Shown: positions 49,784 to 60,156, counted from the stretch's first letter. The stretch is 64,000 bases of DNA from an uncultured Cytophagales bacterium (GCA_963849955.1 CAWKJU010000009.1:247531-311530), one strand, 5' to 3'. Notes: generated by a model from the letters alone, not told the origin. A program made the numbers and translations.

Positions 49784-52780
49784 TCAACCACCACTAGCCG
49801 TCAACCGTTGGTACACTCTTTTCATTATTAATGCTTTTGCATCATCACCAAAGGCTTTGTCATCCATTATTTTGGCGAATATGCCTTGATTCTGTGCCAT
49901 GCGGTCTATTAGGGAATTCATTACTGCTTCTTCACCTATGTAGTTGAAGTTTTCTTCTGTGTTGGAGGTTGCTGCTTGCTGCAAGGTTTCGTTGGCTACA
50001 CAGTCGGCTATTATTTGGTCGAAGAACAACTTGTCACCTTCGTTGAATTCTGTTCCGAACTTCTTGTTTAATACTTCTACAATTTCTGATAGTAATGCTT
50101 GTTCTTCTTTTTTAGAACGAATACCTGCTTCATCCCCATTTTCTAAACCATACTCCCCTAGCGATTCTAAAAGGATGTTTTGCTCACTTATTTTCTGTAA
50201 TCGGTAATACTCTAATTCTACTTCGTCACCCAATTTAAAGCGGTCGTTGTCGCCTTTGCGTGGAAGTTTTTTGAGTAGAAAGCGACAATAGGTGAAAAAT
50301 TTCTCCAAGTCAACATCGCTGAATGGCATAATTTGACTTAAAAACGAGTAGGTTCTTGTAAACACTTGAATGGCGTGTTTTAAATCATCTTGTGTGATTA
50401 GCCCAGATAGATCTGATTCTTCTGGAAGTTGCAGAAACCGTTCAACAGCAGGGTCTATGTAAGCATTTAACTTGCCTTGGTCTGTTTTTGAAAGTAGCTT
50501 TTGTGACTTAAAAAAGACGTTACAAAAGTTGTCTATTTCTGTTTGCCATAGTATTTGAGCGCCTTCTATGGTGGTTTTTAAATCATATAACCTGTTGGGG
50601 TCAGTGGTTTCTTCTATGGAAGTTAACTCGTAATACGGTTGAAATGATTTTTGTATTTCTTCACCATCATTGGCAAAGTCTAATACGAAAGTATCTTCTT
50701 TCCCTCGTGTGGTTCTGTTGAGCCTCGAAAGGGTTTGCACTGCCAATACACCACTCAATTTTTTATCTACATACATAGTATGCAGTTTCGGTTGATCGAA
50801 GCCTGTTTGGTATTTACTGGCTACTATTAAAATCTGATAATCGGGAGAATCAAAATGTTTGGGTAGCTCACTTTCCTTTATTCCATTCACTTGTGCTTCG
50901 CTTACTCCTTCTGGGTAGATGTCTGTAATTAACTGACCTGAAAATGCAACGAGCGTGTTTATCTTGTATCCCTTTTCCTTGATGTATTTATCAAACTCTT
51001 CTTTGTAGCGTAGGGCGTGTAGTCGTGATGAACTCACCACCATTGCTTTTGCTTTCCCACCTATTTTCTTTGCAACTATTTGACGGAAATGCTCAATAAT
51101 CACTTCTGTTTTTTGTGCTAAGTTATGGGGGTGTAAAGACAAGAAACGTGCGATTGCTCTAGCTGCTTGTTTTTTATTGACGTTGGGGTCTTCTTCTATT
51201 TGTTTTGAAAGCTTAAAGTAAGAATTATAGGTCGTGTAGTTTTTTAGTACATCATGTATAAACCCTTCTTCTATGGCTTGTTTCATGGAATACAAATGAA
51301 ATGGTTTTGGTATTCCTGCTTCATCGGGTGTACCAAATACCTCCACTGTTTTTGGTTTTGGTGTAGCGGTAAAGGCGAAGAAACTGAGATTGTTTTGTTT
51401 GCCTCGTGCCAACATACTTGATCTTATTCCGTCTTCAGCATCTTCTTCTAAACCCGAATCTAATTCTTCTGCTTCAGCTTCTTCGAGTGTTTTGGCTGAA
51501 AGCACTTCTTTCATCTTTTTGGTTGCTTCACCGCCTTGGCTCGAATGCGCTTCATCTATAATGATGGCGTAGTTACATGCTTTTAATTCACCTATTTTCT
51601 CTAAAATGAAGGGGAATTTTTGAAGGGTGGTGATGATGATGTTTGATCCTGCGGTAATGGCATCGGCTAACTGTTGGGACGACTTATCAATCTTCACTAC
51701 TACACCGTCTTTATGCTCAAATTGGTAGATGGTGTTTTGTAGCTGTGAGTCTAACACCCGTCTATCGGTAATAACGATAACTGAATCGAATACCCGTTCG
51801 TCTTTCTTGTTGTGAAGCGAGGATAGTCGGTAGGATAACCAAGCAATTGAATTGGATTTACCTGAACCTGCTGAATGTTGAACTAAATAGTTTTTGCCTG
51901 TGCCACTTTCTCGTGCATCTTTGGTTGCTTTTCGAACCACTTCCATTTGATGATAACGTGGGAAAATGATAACATCTTTTTCCGCATCTATGTGTACAAA
52001 CTTTCCTACGATGTCTAATAGGGAATCCTTTGTCCAAACACCTGCCTGTCCGTTAGGCTGGTACTCCCAAAGGTAGGATGTGCGGTATCCGTTTTTGTTG
52101 GGTGGGTTTCCTTTTCCGTTGTTAAAACCTTGATTAAAAGGCAAATAAAATGTGTTTTTACCTTGCAACCGAGTACTCATGTAACATTGGTCGGTATCTA
52201 CTGCAAAGTGTACTAAGGCTCTTTTCTTAAATTTAAAAATGGCTTCTGATGGTTCACGGTCGTACACATACTGCTTTTTTGCGTTGTTCACGTCTTGACC
52301 GCTAAACTGATTTTTTAACTCAATGGTACTAATCGGCAAACCATTTAACACCAACACGATATCTAATGAATTCCTTCCTTCTTTTTGATAATAAAGCTGC
52401 CTTACAACCTTTAAATCATTTTGCTCATACAAGTCAAATGCTTCTGGGTTTAGATTACTCTCAGGTACAAAAAATGCCATTTTGAACTTTACACCATAAT
52501 CGGTGAAGCCATAACGAATCACATCCAACACCCCACGACTATCCAATTCTTTAATGAGGCGTTTTAGTACCTTTTCTTCTACCGCTGTTTTATGAATACC
52601 TTCAAGTTTAGCCCATTCCTTTGGCTGAGAAGCTTTTAAAAAATTAGTGATGTAACTAGGAAACAAACCCAGTTCAGCATCAAAATCAGCAGACAACCCT
52701 TTTGTGTAGCCACCTGACTCTAAAAGTGCTGCTTCTATGTTTTCTTCAAAAGTTAATTCGGTATGTATTCCAGTAGCCAT
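49784..52780 (-). CDS. hsdR: type I restriction endonuclease R subunit (HsdR)
   Basis: 998 aa with an HsdR_N-type start (MATGIHTELTFEENIEAALL), SF2 helicase motif I QHSAGSGKSNS, motif II AIIIDEAHSSQ, and length typical of HsdR. Confidence 0.85.
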   Translation of the reverse strand: MATGIHTELTFEENIEAALLESGGYTKGLSADFDAELGLFPSYITNFLKASQPKEWAKLEGIHKTAVEEKVLKRLIKELDSRGVLDVIRYGFTDYGVKFKMAFFVPESNLNPEAFDLYEQNDLKVVRQLYYQKEGRNSLDIVLVLNGLPISTIELKNQFSGQDVNNAKKQYVYDREPSEAIFKFKKRALVHFAVDTDQCYMSTRLQGKNTFYLPFNQGFNNGKGNPPNKNGYRTSYLWEYQPNGQAGVWTKDSLLDIVGKFVHIDAEKDVIIFPRYHQMEVVRKATKDARESGTGKNYLVQHSAGSGKSNSIAWLSYRLSSLHNKKDERVFDSVIVITDRRVLDSQLQNTIYQFEHKDGVVVKIDKSSQQLADAITAGSNIIITTLQKFPFILEKIGELKACNYAIIIDEAHSSQGGEATKKMKEVLSAKTLEEAEAEELDSGLEEDAEDGIRSSMLARGKQNNLSFFAFTATPKPKTVEVFGTPDEAGIPKPFHLYSMKQAIEEGFIHDVLKNYTTYNSYFKLSKQIEEDPNVNKKQAARAIARFLSLHPHNLAQKTEVIIEHFRQIVAKKIGGKAKAMVVSSSRLHALRYKEEFDKYIKEKGYKINTLVAFSGQLITDIYPEGVSEAQVNGIKESELPKHFDSPDYQILIVASKYQTGFDQPKLHTMYVDKKLSGVLAVQTLSRLNRTTRGKEDTFVLDFANDGEEIQKSFQPYYELTSIEETTDPNRLYDLKTTIEGAQILWQTEIDNFCNVFFKSQKLLSKTDQGKLNAYIDPAVERFLQLPEESDLSGLITQDDLKHAIQVFTRTYSFLSQIMPFSDVDLEKFFTYCRFLLKKLPRKGDNDRFKLGDEVELEYYRLQKISEQNILLESLGEYGLENGDEAGIRSKKEEQALLSEIVEVLNKKFGTEFNEGDKLFFDQIIADCVANETLQQAATSNTEENFNYIGEEAVMNSLIDRMAQNQGIFAKIMDDKAFGDDAKALIMKRVYQRLTASGG

Positions 52781-52839
52781 AATTTTATATTCTATTCTAA
52801 AAACATTACTCTGTTCCCTTTTAGCGTCATTTTATTAAA

Positions 52840-54855
52840 TCACCAATCGTGTTTATTTAATTTCAAGGTGTTTAATGCCTTCATTTTTTTTGCTGTTTCA
52901 ATAAGCAAGTCGAAGTATTTATATTCAGTTGGAACTTGTAACCTACCAGTACTTTTAATATCGTTTATTTGACAAAACAAAGAATTTCCATGTAAGCCAC
53001 TTGGCACAAGCCGATAGTTAATTAATAAATCTTCAGTTTGGTATTGATAAAACACATCATTTAAATTTGCTACAAGTCTATGTTGATTGCTATCTAAAAC
53101 AACTAATAAAAAACCTATTAAACCAAACCCAGTTGAATCATCGTCAAATGTTTCCCAGTAAAATTCTTTACATTCTTGAAAGGCAGAAATTAAGTCATCT
53201 AAATTTTCATAAAATTGAAGTAAAAACTCAAAAATAAACAAGACTTCTAATTCCTTGCCATTTACATGATGGGACACCCCTAGGTTTGGGGCATAATTAT
53301 TTCGTTTAAACTTTAAATTAAAAATTTTCTTGAACCGCCTATAAGATAGTTTGTTTGCTTTTACTAGAGCTATTAAAATGTAGGCGATAGATTTTGGTAG
53401 TACATTTTCTTTGGCGTGTAAATCAAAAAACTTGTCTCCTTCGTTATCGTGTTCAATGTTTTTTATCAAATCCCAAATTTGACTTTGAATTGCTTCTGAA
53501 TTGTCAAAATCAAAAATTTTAATCGAATAAAACTTATCTAAATAGCCTGAGTAATCTACATCAGAACCGTATTTGTTGTGAAATATTTGTCTTACATTTT
53601 GTTTGTCAAACACTAAGATGACTTTATCGAAACCAAATTTATTTTTCATTTCAGAACCTTCTCTTTCATCAAAATGTGCTGATAAAACATTGAGAATTCT
53701 AAAGACGTGTTCAGGGTCAATTCGATCTAAATCATCCAGTATAAGTACAGTTTCCTTCTTTTTACCTTTTTTATCTTTAACCTTTAGTTGATCTACAAAT
53801 TTCACAATCAATTGGGTGTAAAAGTTCTCTTCGAAAATAGAGCCTTTACTTTCAGTAAATGCTTCTAAAAAAGTTATTACTTCTGATTTTTCATCAACCT
53901 GTGGTGCTTTATGGTATTTTTCAAATTCTTTAGCAACTTCTTGTAAATCCTTTATAATGGCATGAACATCCTTACCGATTTTTGGTATTAATCTTACAAA
54001 AGGATGAAGTAGGCTTTGCCAGTTATTAATAGCAAAAAAGCTTGCGGAAAGTGTTTTAGCTATCTCTGAAAATTCAAACTTTAAATCTTTTTTTAAGAGC
54101 TCAAATAAGATGTCATATTTTATTAATTCGAAGATGTCTTTATTGTCTGCAACTGAATAGTTTACAGGAAACAAATGAATAACATCATATGCTTTAGTAC
54201 CCTCAAAAAATTCTTTTAAAAAATAAGTTTTACCACAACCAAAAGGTGCTGAAAAAATAATGCGTTCATTAAAAGGTAAGATCAAATGAGAATGAAACTC
54301 AACGTGTGGATATTCTATTGATAACCTTATTCCAAATTCCTTTATTTTATGATGATAGGAGTCAACATCAAAGGGTGTTAAATCAGTAGTTGAAGCCCCA
54401 TCATGAAATGGATGCCTTGGGTGTCCATTTCTAGTAAGTTCACCTAGTTTTAAAAAATTGAAATCTTCTATTGGGAAACAGGTTAATACTTTTTCCAAGC
54501 ATTCTTTTAAATAGGGACGTTCCTCAATGGAATTTCCCCAAGCACTACAAATATCTTTATAGATTCCCTTTTCTAGTTCTATTTTAACGTTGTGGAGGTT
54601 GGTGGTAATTTCTTCTTTCGCTAAAGTTTCGGGTAATAAACCCGTTCGGGGAGTGAGAACAGGGCAAACATTGATTATCAGCCAACCATCATAACTATTT
54701 TTTTGAACAATCTCTTTCACTTTTGTAGTGAATACATCATCATGGTCTTTTGCTAATGTGTTTGGCATCAAACCAATAAACACCAATGGGTTAGTACCTT
54801 CTTCACTTAATAAATATCTGCTATTTCCTTGTGTGCTTATACTTCGTTCAGCCAA
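52840..54855 (-). CDS. KAP-family P-loop NTPase nested between hsdS and hsdR
   Basis: 671 aa. Walker A is SAPFGCGKTYFLKEFF, and the KAP-type Walker B is VLILDDLDRIDPEHVFRILNVL. Long helical insertions are typical of KAP NTPases. It overlaps the hsdS start by 8 nt. Confidence 0.55.
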   Translation of the reverse strand: MAERSISTQGNSRYLLSEEGTNPLVFIGLMPNTLAKDHDDVFTTKVKEIVQKNSYDGWLIINVCPVLTPRTGLLPETLAKEEITTNLHNVKIELEKGIYKDICSAWGNSIEERPYLKECLEKVLTCFPIEDFNFLKLGELTRNGHPRHPFHDGASTTDLTPFDVDSYHHKIKEFGIRLSIEYPHVEFHSHLILPFNERIIFSAPFGCGKTYFLKEFFEGTKAYDVIHLFPVNYSVADNKDIFELIKYDILFELLKKDLKFEFSEIAKTLSASFFAINNWQSLLHPFVRLIPKIGKDVHAIIKDLQEVAKEFEKYHKAPQVDEKSEVITFLEAFTESKGSIFEENFYTQLIVKFVDQLKVKDKKGKKKETVLILDDLDRIDPEHVFRILNVLSAHFDEREGSEMKNKFGFDKVILVFDKQNVRQIFHNKYGSDVDYSGYLDKFYSIKIFDFDNSEAIQSQIWDLIKNIEHDNEGDKFFDLHAKENVLPKSIAYILIALVKANKLSYRRFKKIFNLKFKRNNYAPNLGVSHHVNGKELEVLFIFEFLLQFYENLDDLISAFQECKEFYWETFDDDSTGFGLIGFLLVVLDSNQHRLVANLNDVFYQYQTEDLLINYRLVPSGLHGNSLFCQINDIKSTGRLQVPTEYKYFDLLIETAKKMKALNTLKLNKHDW

Positions 54856-56074
54856 TTAGCACCTCCTCTCTTACATCTACCTTACCCAACACCACTTCCG
54901 ATATTAAAGCTGTTTTGTATTCTTTTAATAACTCGATTTCTTGTTCTGTTTTGGAGATTTTGTTCTCGAATTCCTGTTTAAATGACTTAATGAATCGTCC
55001 TATTTTTTTAGATACATCAATATCGGGAATTGGAATTTGTAGGTTTTTTATCTTTTCAACAGCTAATCCAGGTTGAGCAGAAGCTTGTGAGTATTGATTT
55101 AGATTCATTGATGCCAATAATTCACCCAACCATATCCAATCGTGCCCTAGTAGTTGTTCACAAACAACTGCGTGTTCGGATGCCCAAAACTCTCCTTGTG
55201 CATAATTAATATTGCCACAAAGTGCTCCTTGCCTTCCTATAAGGATATGATCTCCTGAATGTGTATATTCATCAAAGTAACCTCTCAATCCATTACCTCC
55301 ATAAACTGGGTATCTACCCGATTCATTTATTTGTTCTGAAACAATATTGTTTCCACTTTTCATAGAACAAACAAACTTTAACTTTCCAACCTCCCAATGC
55401 TCAGGAATATCACCCAACCACTCGATGCCACTGTCTTTCATAGGCACATTAGGGTCTAAACCTTTGGTTACCGCTTGGTTTATAGTAGCGGTGCGTTCTT
55501 CTTTATAGAGGGTGATGAGTTGTTTTTTCTGTGCTATAAGGGTGTCTATCTCTTCCGTTTTTCGGTCGAGGTAGTTGGCTATTGTTGTTTGTTCTTCTAA
55601 TGTGCCAATTGCAATTTGGAAATTTTGAAACATTGGTCTTCTCAGAGAGTCTACTGTAGACTTTGCAGATAGTTTTTTGACTTCTAAAACAAAGTTCTGT
55701 TTTAAGTAGTAATAAAGAAATTTACCTATTACGCCATCAAAATCACTCATACGATAAACTCTTTGATGATAATCAAATTTACCATTGAGGTAATGCCAAA
55801 CTTTACAAACTCCAACACCATCTCCTGCTGTTAAAATCGCTTCACCATCAAATGTGTAGCTCGAAATTCTTTCTATGGTTTGCGATCTGACAAAAAATGG
55901 ATACTCCCCATCATCTTCTGCATTTTCAGTATCCTTATCACCTGTACCTATATCACATAGGTACTTCATTCTTACAATCTCCCAATGCTCAGGAATTTCA
56001 CCAATCCATTCGATACCGCTGTGTTTGTATGTTGAGTAAGGTTTCATGTTCGGTAATGTTTGTTTTGTTAACAC
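54848..56074 (-). CDS. hsdS: type I restriction-modification specificity subunit (HsdS), two target-recognition domains
   Basis: 408 aa with duplicated conserved spacer regions (YSTYKHSGIEWIGEIPEHWEI and MKDSGIEWLGDIPEHWEV) flanking two variable TRDs. Confidence 0.8.
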   Translation of the reverse strand: MLTKQTLPNMKPYSTYKHSGIEWIGEIPEHWEIVRMKYLCDIGTGDKDTENAEDDGEYPFFVRSQTIERISSYTFDGEAILTAGDGVGVCKVWHYLNGKFDYHQRVYRMSDFDGVIGKFLYYYLKQNFVLEVKKLSAKSTVDSLRRPMFQNFQIAIGTLEEQTTIANYLDRKTEEIDTLIAQKKQLITLYKEERTATINQAVTKGLDPNVPMKDSGIEWLGDIPEHWEVGKLKFVCSMKSGNNIVSEQINESGRYPVYGGNGLRGYFDEYTHSGDHILIGRQGALCGNINYAQGEFWASEHAVVCEQLLGHDWIWLGELLASMNLNQYSQASAQPGLAVEKIKNLQIPIPDIDVSKKIGRFIKSFKQEFENKISKTEQEIELLKEYKTALISEVVLGKVDVREEVLIG

Positions 56075-56137
56075 GTGTACTTTAATATGTTAACAAAATT
56101 GATTTTTGTTAACACGTTATTGTTTCATGTTAACGTT

Positions 56138-57235
56138 TTACTCTTTTTTAAACTTATGTAGTTCGGGTGCATTGTAGAGGTAATCGAACAGCACGGAATT
56201 TATATAATAGTTTTCTTTTCCTATTTTGTGCAGGTTGAGCAAGCCAATACCTACCAGTTGGTCTAAATATTTAGAGGCTGTTTGTCGAGTAACGCCTAAG
56301 TCTTGTACCAAAAAGTCTATTTTGGTATAAGGATGTTTAAAGAGGTTGTTAATTAAGTCCTGAGAATATATTTTAGGCAGCTCGGTTCTTATTTTCTGCT
56401 TAAACTCCAGCATTAGTTTTTTTATTTCTCTAATAATGTTGGTGGTTTGTAGCGAGGTTTGCTCTACAGCTTCTAGAATAAAGAAAATCCACTTTTGCCA
56501 ATCTTGTTGCTCTCTAGTTTCTTGTAATAATGCGTAATAGCTACTCTTGTTGTGGTTAATGTAACGGCTAAGGTAAAGAATAGGCAGTTTTAATAAACCT
56601 GCTTTCACGAGGTATAAAATATTGATTATGCGCCCTGTTCTACCATTACCATCATAAAACGGGTGAATGCTTTCAAACTGATGGTGAATAATTGCCATTT
56701 TCACCAAAGGGTCGAGGTCAGATAAGCTTTCGTCATTCATGAAAGCTTCCAAATTGTCCATTAAACTAACGATTTCATCATGGGTTTGAGGTGGTGTATA
56801 GACCACTTCTCCCGTTTGGTCGTTTTTTAAGGTAGTGCCTGGTAACTTTCTAAAGCCAGCTTTATTTTCTTCTAAAATCCCTTGAATTTCAATTATCTGG
56901 TTGTTCGTAATCAGTTTTAGGTCTTTTACTTTTTTAAAGCCACCTTTTAAAGCATCGGCATAGTTGTGTACTTCTTTGGCTGCGGTACTGGTAAAGTGCT
57001 GCGCTATTACATCACTACTAAAAAGTTCATCGTGTGTGGTTATAATGTTTTCAATAGCAGAACTGTCTTTAGCTTCTTGTAGCGAGAGTGTATTTAAAAT
57101 AATTTGCTCGTTGGGAATGGTTTCCGCAACACCATTTAACTCCGCCAACGCCTTGTGAGCAAGGGTAAGTTTCTTTAAAACCTGCTTTGTTTCTACATCG
57201 TGAGAAAAAGGAAGAGTTGGTATGGTGTATTGCAT
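56138..57235 (-). CDS. Fic-family protein (AMPylase/adenylyltransferase-type) nested in the type I R-M operon
   Basis: 365 aa with Fic motif HPFYDGNGRTGRIIN and a C-terminal wHTH-like tail. Confidence 0.8.
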   Translation of the reverse strand: MQYTIPTLPFSHDVETKQVLKKLTLAHKALAELNGVAETIPNEQIILNTLSLQEAKDSSAIENIITTHDELFSSDVIAQHFTSTAAKEVHNYADALKGGFKKVKDLKLITNNQIIEIQGILEENKAGFRKLPGTTLKNDQTGEVVYTPPQTHDEIVSLMDNLEAFMNDESLSDLDPLVKMAIIHHQFESIHPFYDGNGRTGRIINILYLVKAGLLKLPILYLSRYINHNKSSYYALLQETREQQDWQKWIFFILEAVEQTSLQTTNIIREIKKLMLEFKQKIRTELPKIYSQDLINNLFKHPYTKIDFLVQDLGVTRQTASKYLDQLVGIGLLNLHKIGKENYYINSVLFDYLYNAPELHKFKKE

Positions 57236-57316
57236 AACTAAGTGTGTATCTCTAAATTAAGCCAAAATATTTTTAATGCAGTCTAATGCGCAGGAATTTC
57301 ACTTTTACATTCGATG

Positions 57317-58444
57317 TCACTGTATAGGTTGTTGGGGGTTTCTTTCTTTGAAAAACTTAAAGACTTTCATGAAAATTGTTTTCAACTCAGTTTCATTAAT
57401 GGTTGTAGCTATAAATTCGGCTAAATTTTCAACACTGTCTTTATCTAAGTCCTTTTCAACTGTTACTAAATGATACCATCTTGCATTCTTCTCAGGTACT
57501 TTCGCATTCAGATATTCATCATAATAGGAAGTTGTAAATAAAGCTTTTATTTCTTCGTGTTTTTTTAACCCCTCATGATTTAACTCTATAATCAGTTGAA
57601 TTTTGGGTTTAGTTTGATTGATGTACAAGGGAGAAATAGTAAAAAAAACCTGAGGATTTGCTTCATCCCTATAATACGTCAAGTTCCATTTGTATTTATG
57701 GTCATTTACAAACTTCACCTCTGGTATTTCAATAAGTCGCCAAGCCCTGTTGATTTCATCCCAAATATGTTTTTCTAACTGAGCTTTTAGCTTCTCTACT
57801 TTTTGAATGAAACCAAAATTATCAGTATAAAAATCTAAGTACTCGCCAATTTCGTGAGCCATATTAAAGTTTTTTAAGTTCGTGGTAAATTGCTTTAAGT
57901 GAAATAAACTTTCATGACTGATAGAAAAGAGCGTTGTTCCACTCATTTCCCAAACTTTATCTATCCATTGATTATGAGTAATATTCACAAAACGATTATC
58001 CCTTGTGTCTAAAGGTTGTATGGTGAGTACAACCCCTTTCTTAAATTCATCAGCTAATTTAAATTCAGTATAATAGTCGTTTAAATCATTATTCAAATGA
58101 TGATACATTTTGTTCTCTATAATAATTGTATTGTATGATTCATCAGATGAACCTTGTATCACAACATCAATTCGCATACCTGAAGCAGTATAATATTCTC
58201 GTGTAATTTCGGGAGCTGCAAAAACAAACGAAGTCCCAATTATTTCTTGTAAAGCATCCAAAAACAATGATTCCAAACCATGCTTCTCATTTGGATCTAA
58301 AAAATAGGCATAGAAGTTAGAAATAACATTTTCGTAATGCGGAAACCTTGCAATATCAAAAAATGTGGTCTCCCATTCCTTTATATCCGGAACACCTTTG
58401 TTGGCAAATTTCTGTAACTCGATAAGATCTATGGACTCTGTCAT
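57317..58444 (-). CDS. PD-(D/E)XK-like nuclease superfamily protein nested between hsdM and fic
   Basis: 375 aa. The N-terminal FFDIARFPHYENVISNFYAYFLDP block resembles the PDDEXK_4-type proteins common in R-M loci. It overlaps the hsdM stop by 4 nt. Confidence 0.45.
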   Translation of the reverse strand: MTESIDLIELQKFANKGVPDIKEWETTFFDIARFPHYENVISNFYAYFLDPNEKHGLESLFLDALQEIIGTSFVFAAPEITREYYTASGMRIDVVIQGSSDESYNTIIIENKMYHHLNNDLNDYYTEFKLADEFKKGVVLTIQPLDTRDNRFVNITHNQWIDKVWEMSGTTLFSISHESLFHLKQFTTNLKNFNMAHEIGEYLDFYTDNFGFIQKVEKLKAQLEKHIWDEINRAWRLIEIPEVKFVNDHKYKWNLTYYRDEANPQVFFTISPLYINQTKPKIQLIIELNHEGLKKHEEIKALFTTSYYDEYLNAKVPEKNARWYHLVTVEKDLDKDSVENLAEFIATTINETELKTIFMKVFKFFKERNPQQPIQ

Positions 58445-60156
58445 GCCAACACCTTTTTAATCCCGTCAAAAGTTGCTTCCTCCAAAGCCAAAATATCGGC
58501 TTTAATTTCTGCTAAAGAGCGTAGTGGTTTGTACTCGTAGAAGTATTTGGTGAAATTAATTTCATAACCTACTAATGATTTTTTCTCGTCTACCCAGGCA
58601 TCAGGCACATGAGGCAATACTTCACGTTTGATGTATGTTGAAATATCTTCTTTCAACGGAATGCTTTCAGTATCTCGTAATTTGGAGTCAGGTTTTGGTT
58701 TGCCGTTTTTATCTGTTACTATTTCACCCTTTTTGTTGCGTTCAGGTCGCTCAACAGTTACTTTGTTGTAGCCAAAATCTTCGTTATCAAAAATCTTACA
58801 GCAGTCACTTGGCTCAAAAGCCCCGTATATTTCGGTTATTTCTTTGATGTGTTCATCAGAAAGCTCGTGTCGTTTACTACCCAATGACTTAGACATCTTC
58901 TTAAAAAACTTCACCCCATTAATCAACTGTACTTTGCCTTTTCGTTCTTTGGCTTTGCGGTTATTAATTACCCATATATACGTGCTAATTCCCGTATTAT
59001 AAAACAGTTGATCGGGCAAAGCGATAATGCTTTCTAGTAAATCGTTTTCAATAATCCATTGGCGAATCGAGCTTTCGTTTTTGTTTTTACTTGGAGAACC
59101 AGAAAACAAAGGAGAGCCATTAAACACGATTGCCAAGCGTGAGCCTTGTGCATCTTGCTTCATTTTAGAAATCAAGCTCATTAAAAACAAAAACGAGCCA
59201 TCACTCTTCGCTGGCAACCCAGCACCGAAACGACCACCGTGTCCTAACTCATCGTGTTCTGCCTGTACTTTTTTTGCTATTTTATCCCACTTCACCCCAA
59301 ACGGTGGGTTGGTAATGAGGTAATCGAACTGTTTGCCTTCCAATTGGTCTTCAGAAATGGAGTTGCCTTTCTTAATGTTAGTAGCATTTTGTCCCTTAAT
59401 CAACATATCACTTTTGCAGATAGCGTAAGACTCAGGGTTGAGTTCTTGCCCAAACACTTCCAGTCGGGCATCGGGGTTTAATTCATGTAAATATTCCTCT
59501 GCCACAGAAAGCATCCCTCCTGTACCTGCACAGCAATCGTAAATCGTTTTTACAATGCCTTTTTTGGTGAGAATATCTCGGTCATTTAAAAACAAGATGT
59601 TGACCATCAAGCGAATGACCTCACGAGGTGTAAAGTGTTCCCCAGCGGTTTCGTTAGAGATTTCAGCAAACTTTCTGATTAACTCTTCAAACATATACCC
59701 CATCTCCATTGAAGAGATTGTTTCAGGATGAAGGTCAATTTCTTGAAAGCGTTTCATCACCATAAACAACAAGTTGTTGTCGTCTAGTTTGGTTATTTGA
59801 TTTTCAAATTCGAACTGCTCAATGATCTCACGAGCATCTTCCGAAAATCCGTTGATGTAGTTACGAAGGTTTGAAGCAATGTTGTTGGGATCAGCTACAA
59901 GCTTATCAAAATCAAACTTGCTGCGGTTATGGAATTTATAGCCTGCAACCTTATTGAGAATAGGGTCAACATTATCAATTGTTAAAGTCGCTGCGGTTTT
60001 TAACACTTTTTCTTTCGTAGCTTCCAGTACACAATCCAAGCGTCTAAGTACCGTAAGCGGAAGAATTACTTTACCATAATCAGACTGTTTGTAATCACCC
60101 CTTAACAAGTCAGCCACAGACCAAATGAAGTTGGCAGAATCTTTAAAATTTTTCAT
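58441..60156 (-). CDS. hsdM: type I restriction-modification N6-adenine DNA methyltransferase (HsdM)
   Basis: 571 aa with the HsdM_N region, SAM motif I (DCCAGTGGML) and catalytic motif IV (DYLITNPPFG). Confidence 0.85.
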   Translation of the reverse strand: MKNFKDSANFIWSVADLLRGDYKQSDYGKVILPLTVLRRLDCVLEATKEKVLKTAATLTIDNVDPILNKVAGYKFHNRSKFDFDKLVADPNNIASNLRNYINGFSEDAREIIEQFEFENQITKLDDNNLLFMVMKRFQEIDLHPETISSMEMGYMFEELIRKFAEISNETAGEHFTPREVIRLMVNILFLNDRDILTKKGIVKTIYDCCAGTGGMLSVAEEYLHELNPDARLEVFGQELNPESYAICKSDMLIKGQNATNIKKGNSISEDQLEGKQFDYLITNPPFGVKWDKIAKKVQAEHDELGHGGRFGAGLPAKSDGSFLFLMSLISKMKQDAQGSRLAIVFNGSPLFSGSPSKNKNESSIRQWIIENDLLESIIALPDQLFYNTGISTYIWVINNRKAKERKGKVQLINGVKFFKKMSKSLGSKRHELSDEHIKEITEIYGAFEPSDCCKIFDNEDFGYNKVTVERPERNKKGEIVTDKNGKPKPDSKLRDTESIPLKEDISTYIKREVLPHVPDAWVDEKKSLVGYEINFTKYFYEYKPLRSLAEIKADILALEEATFDGIKKVLA

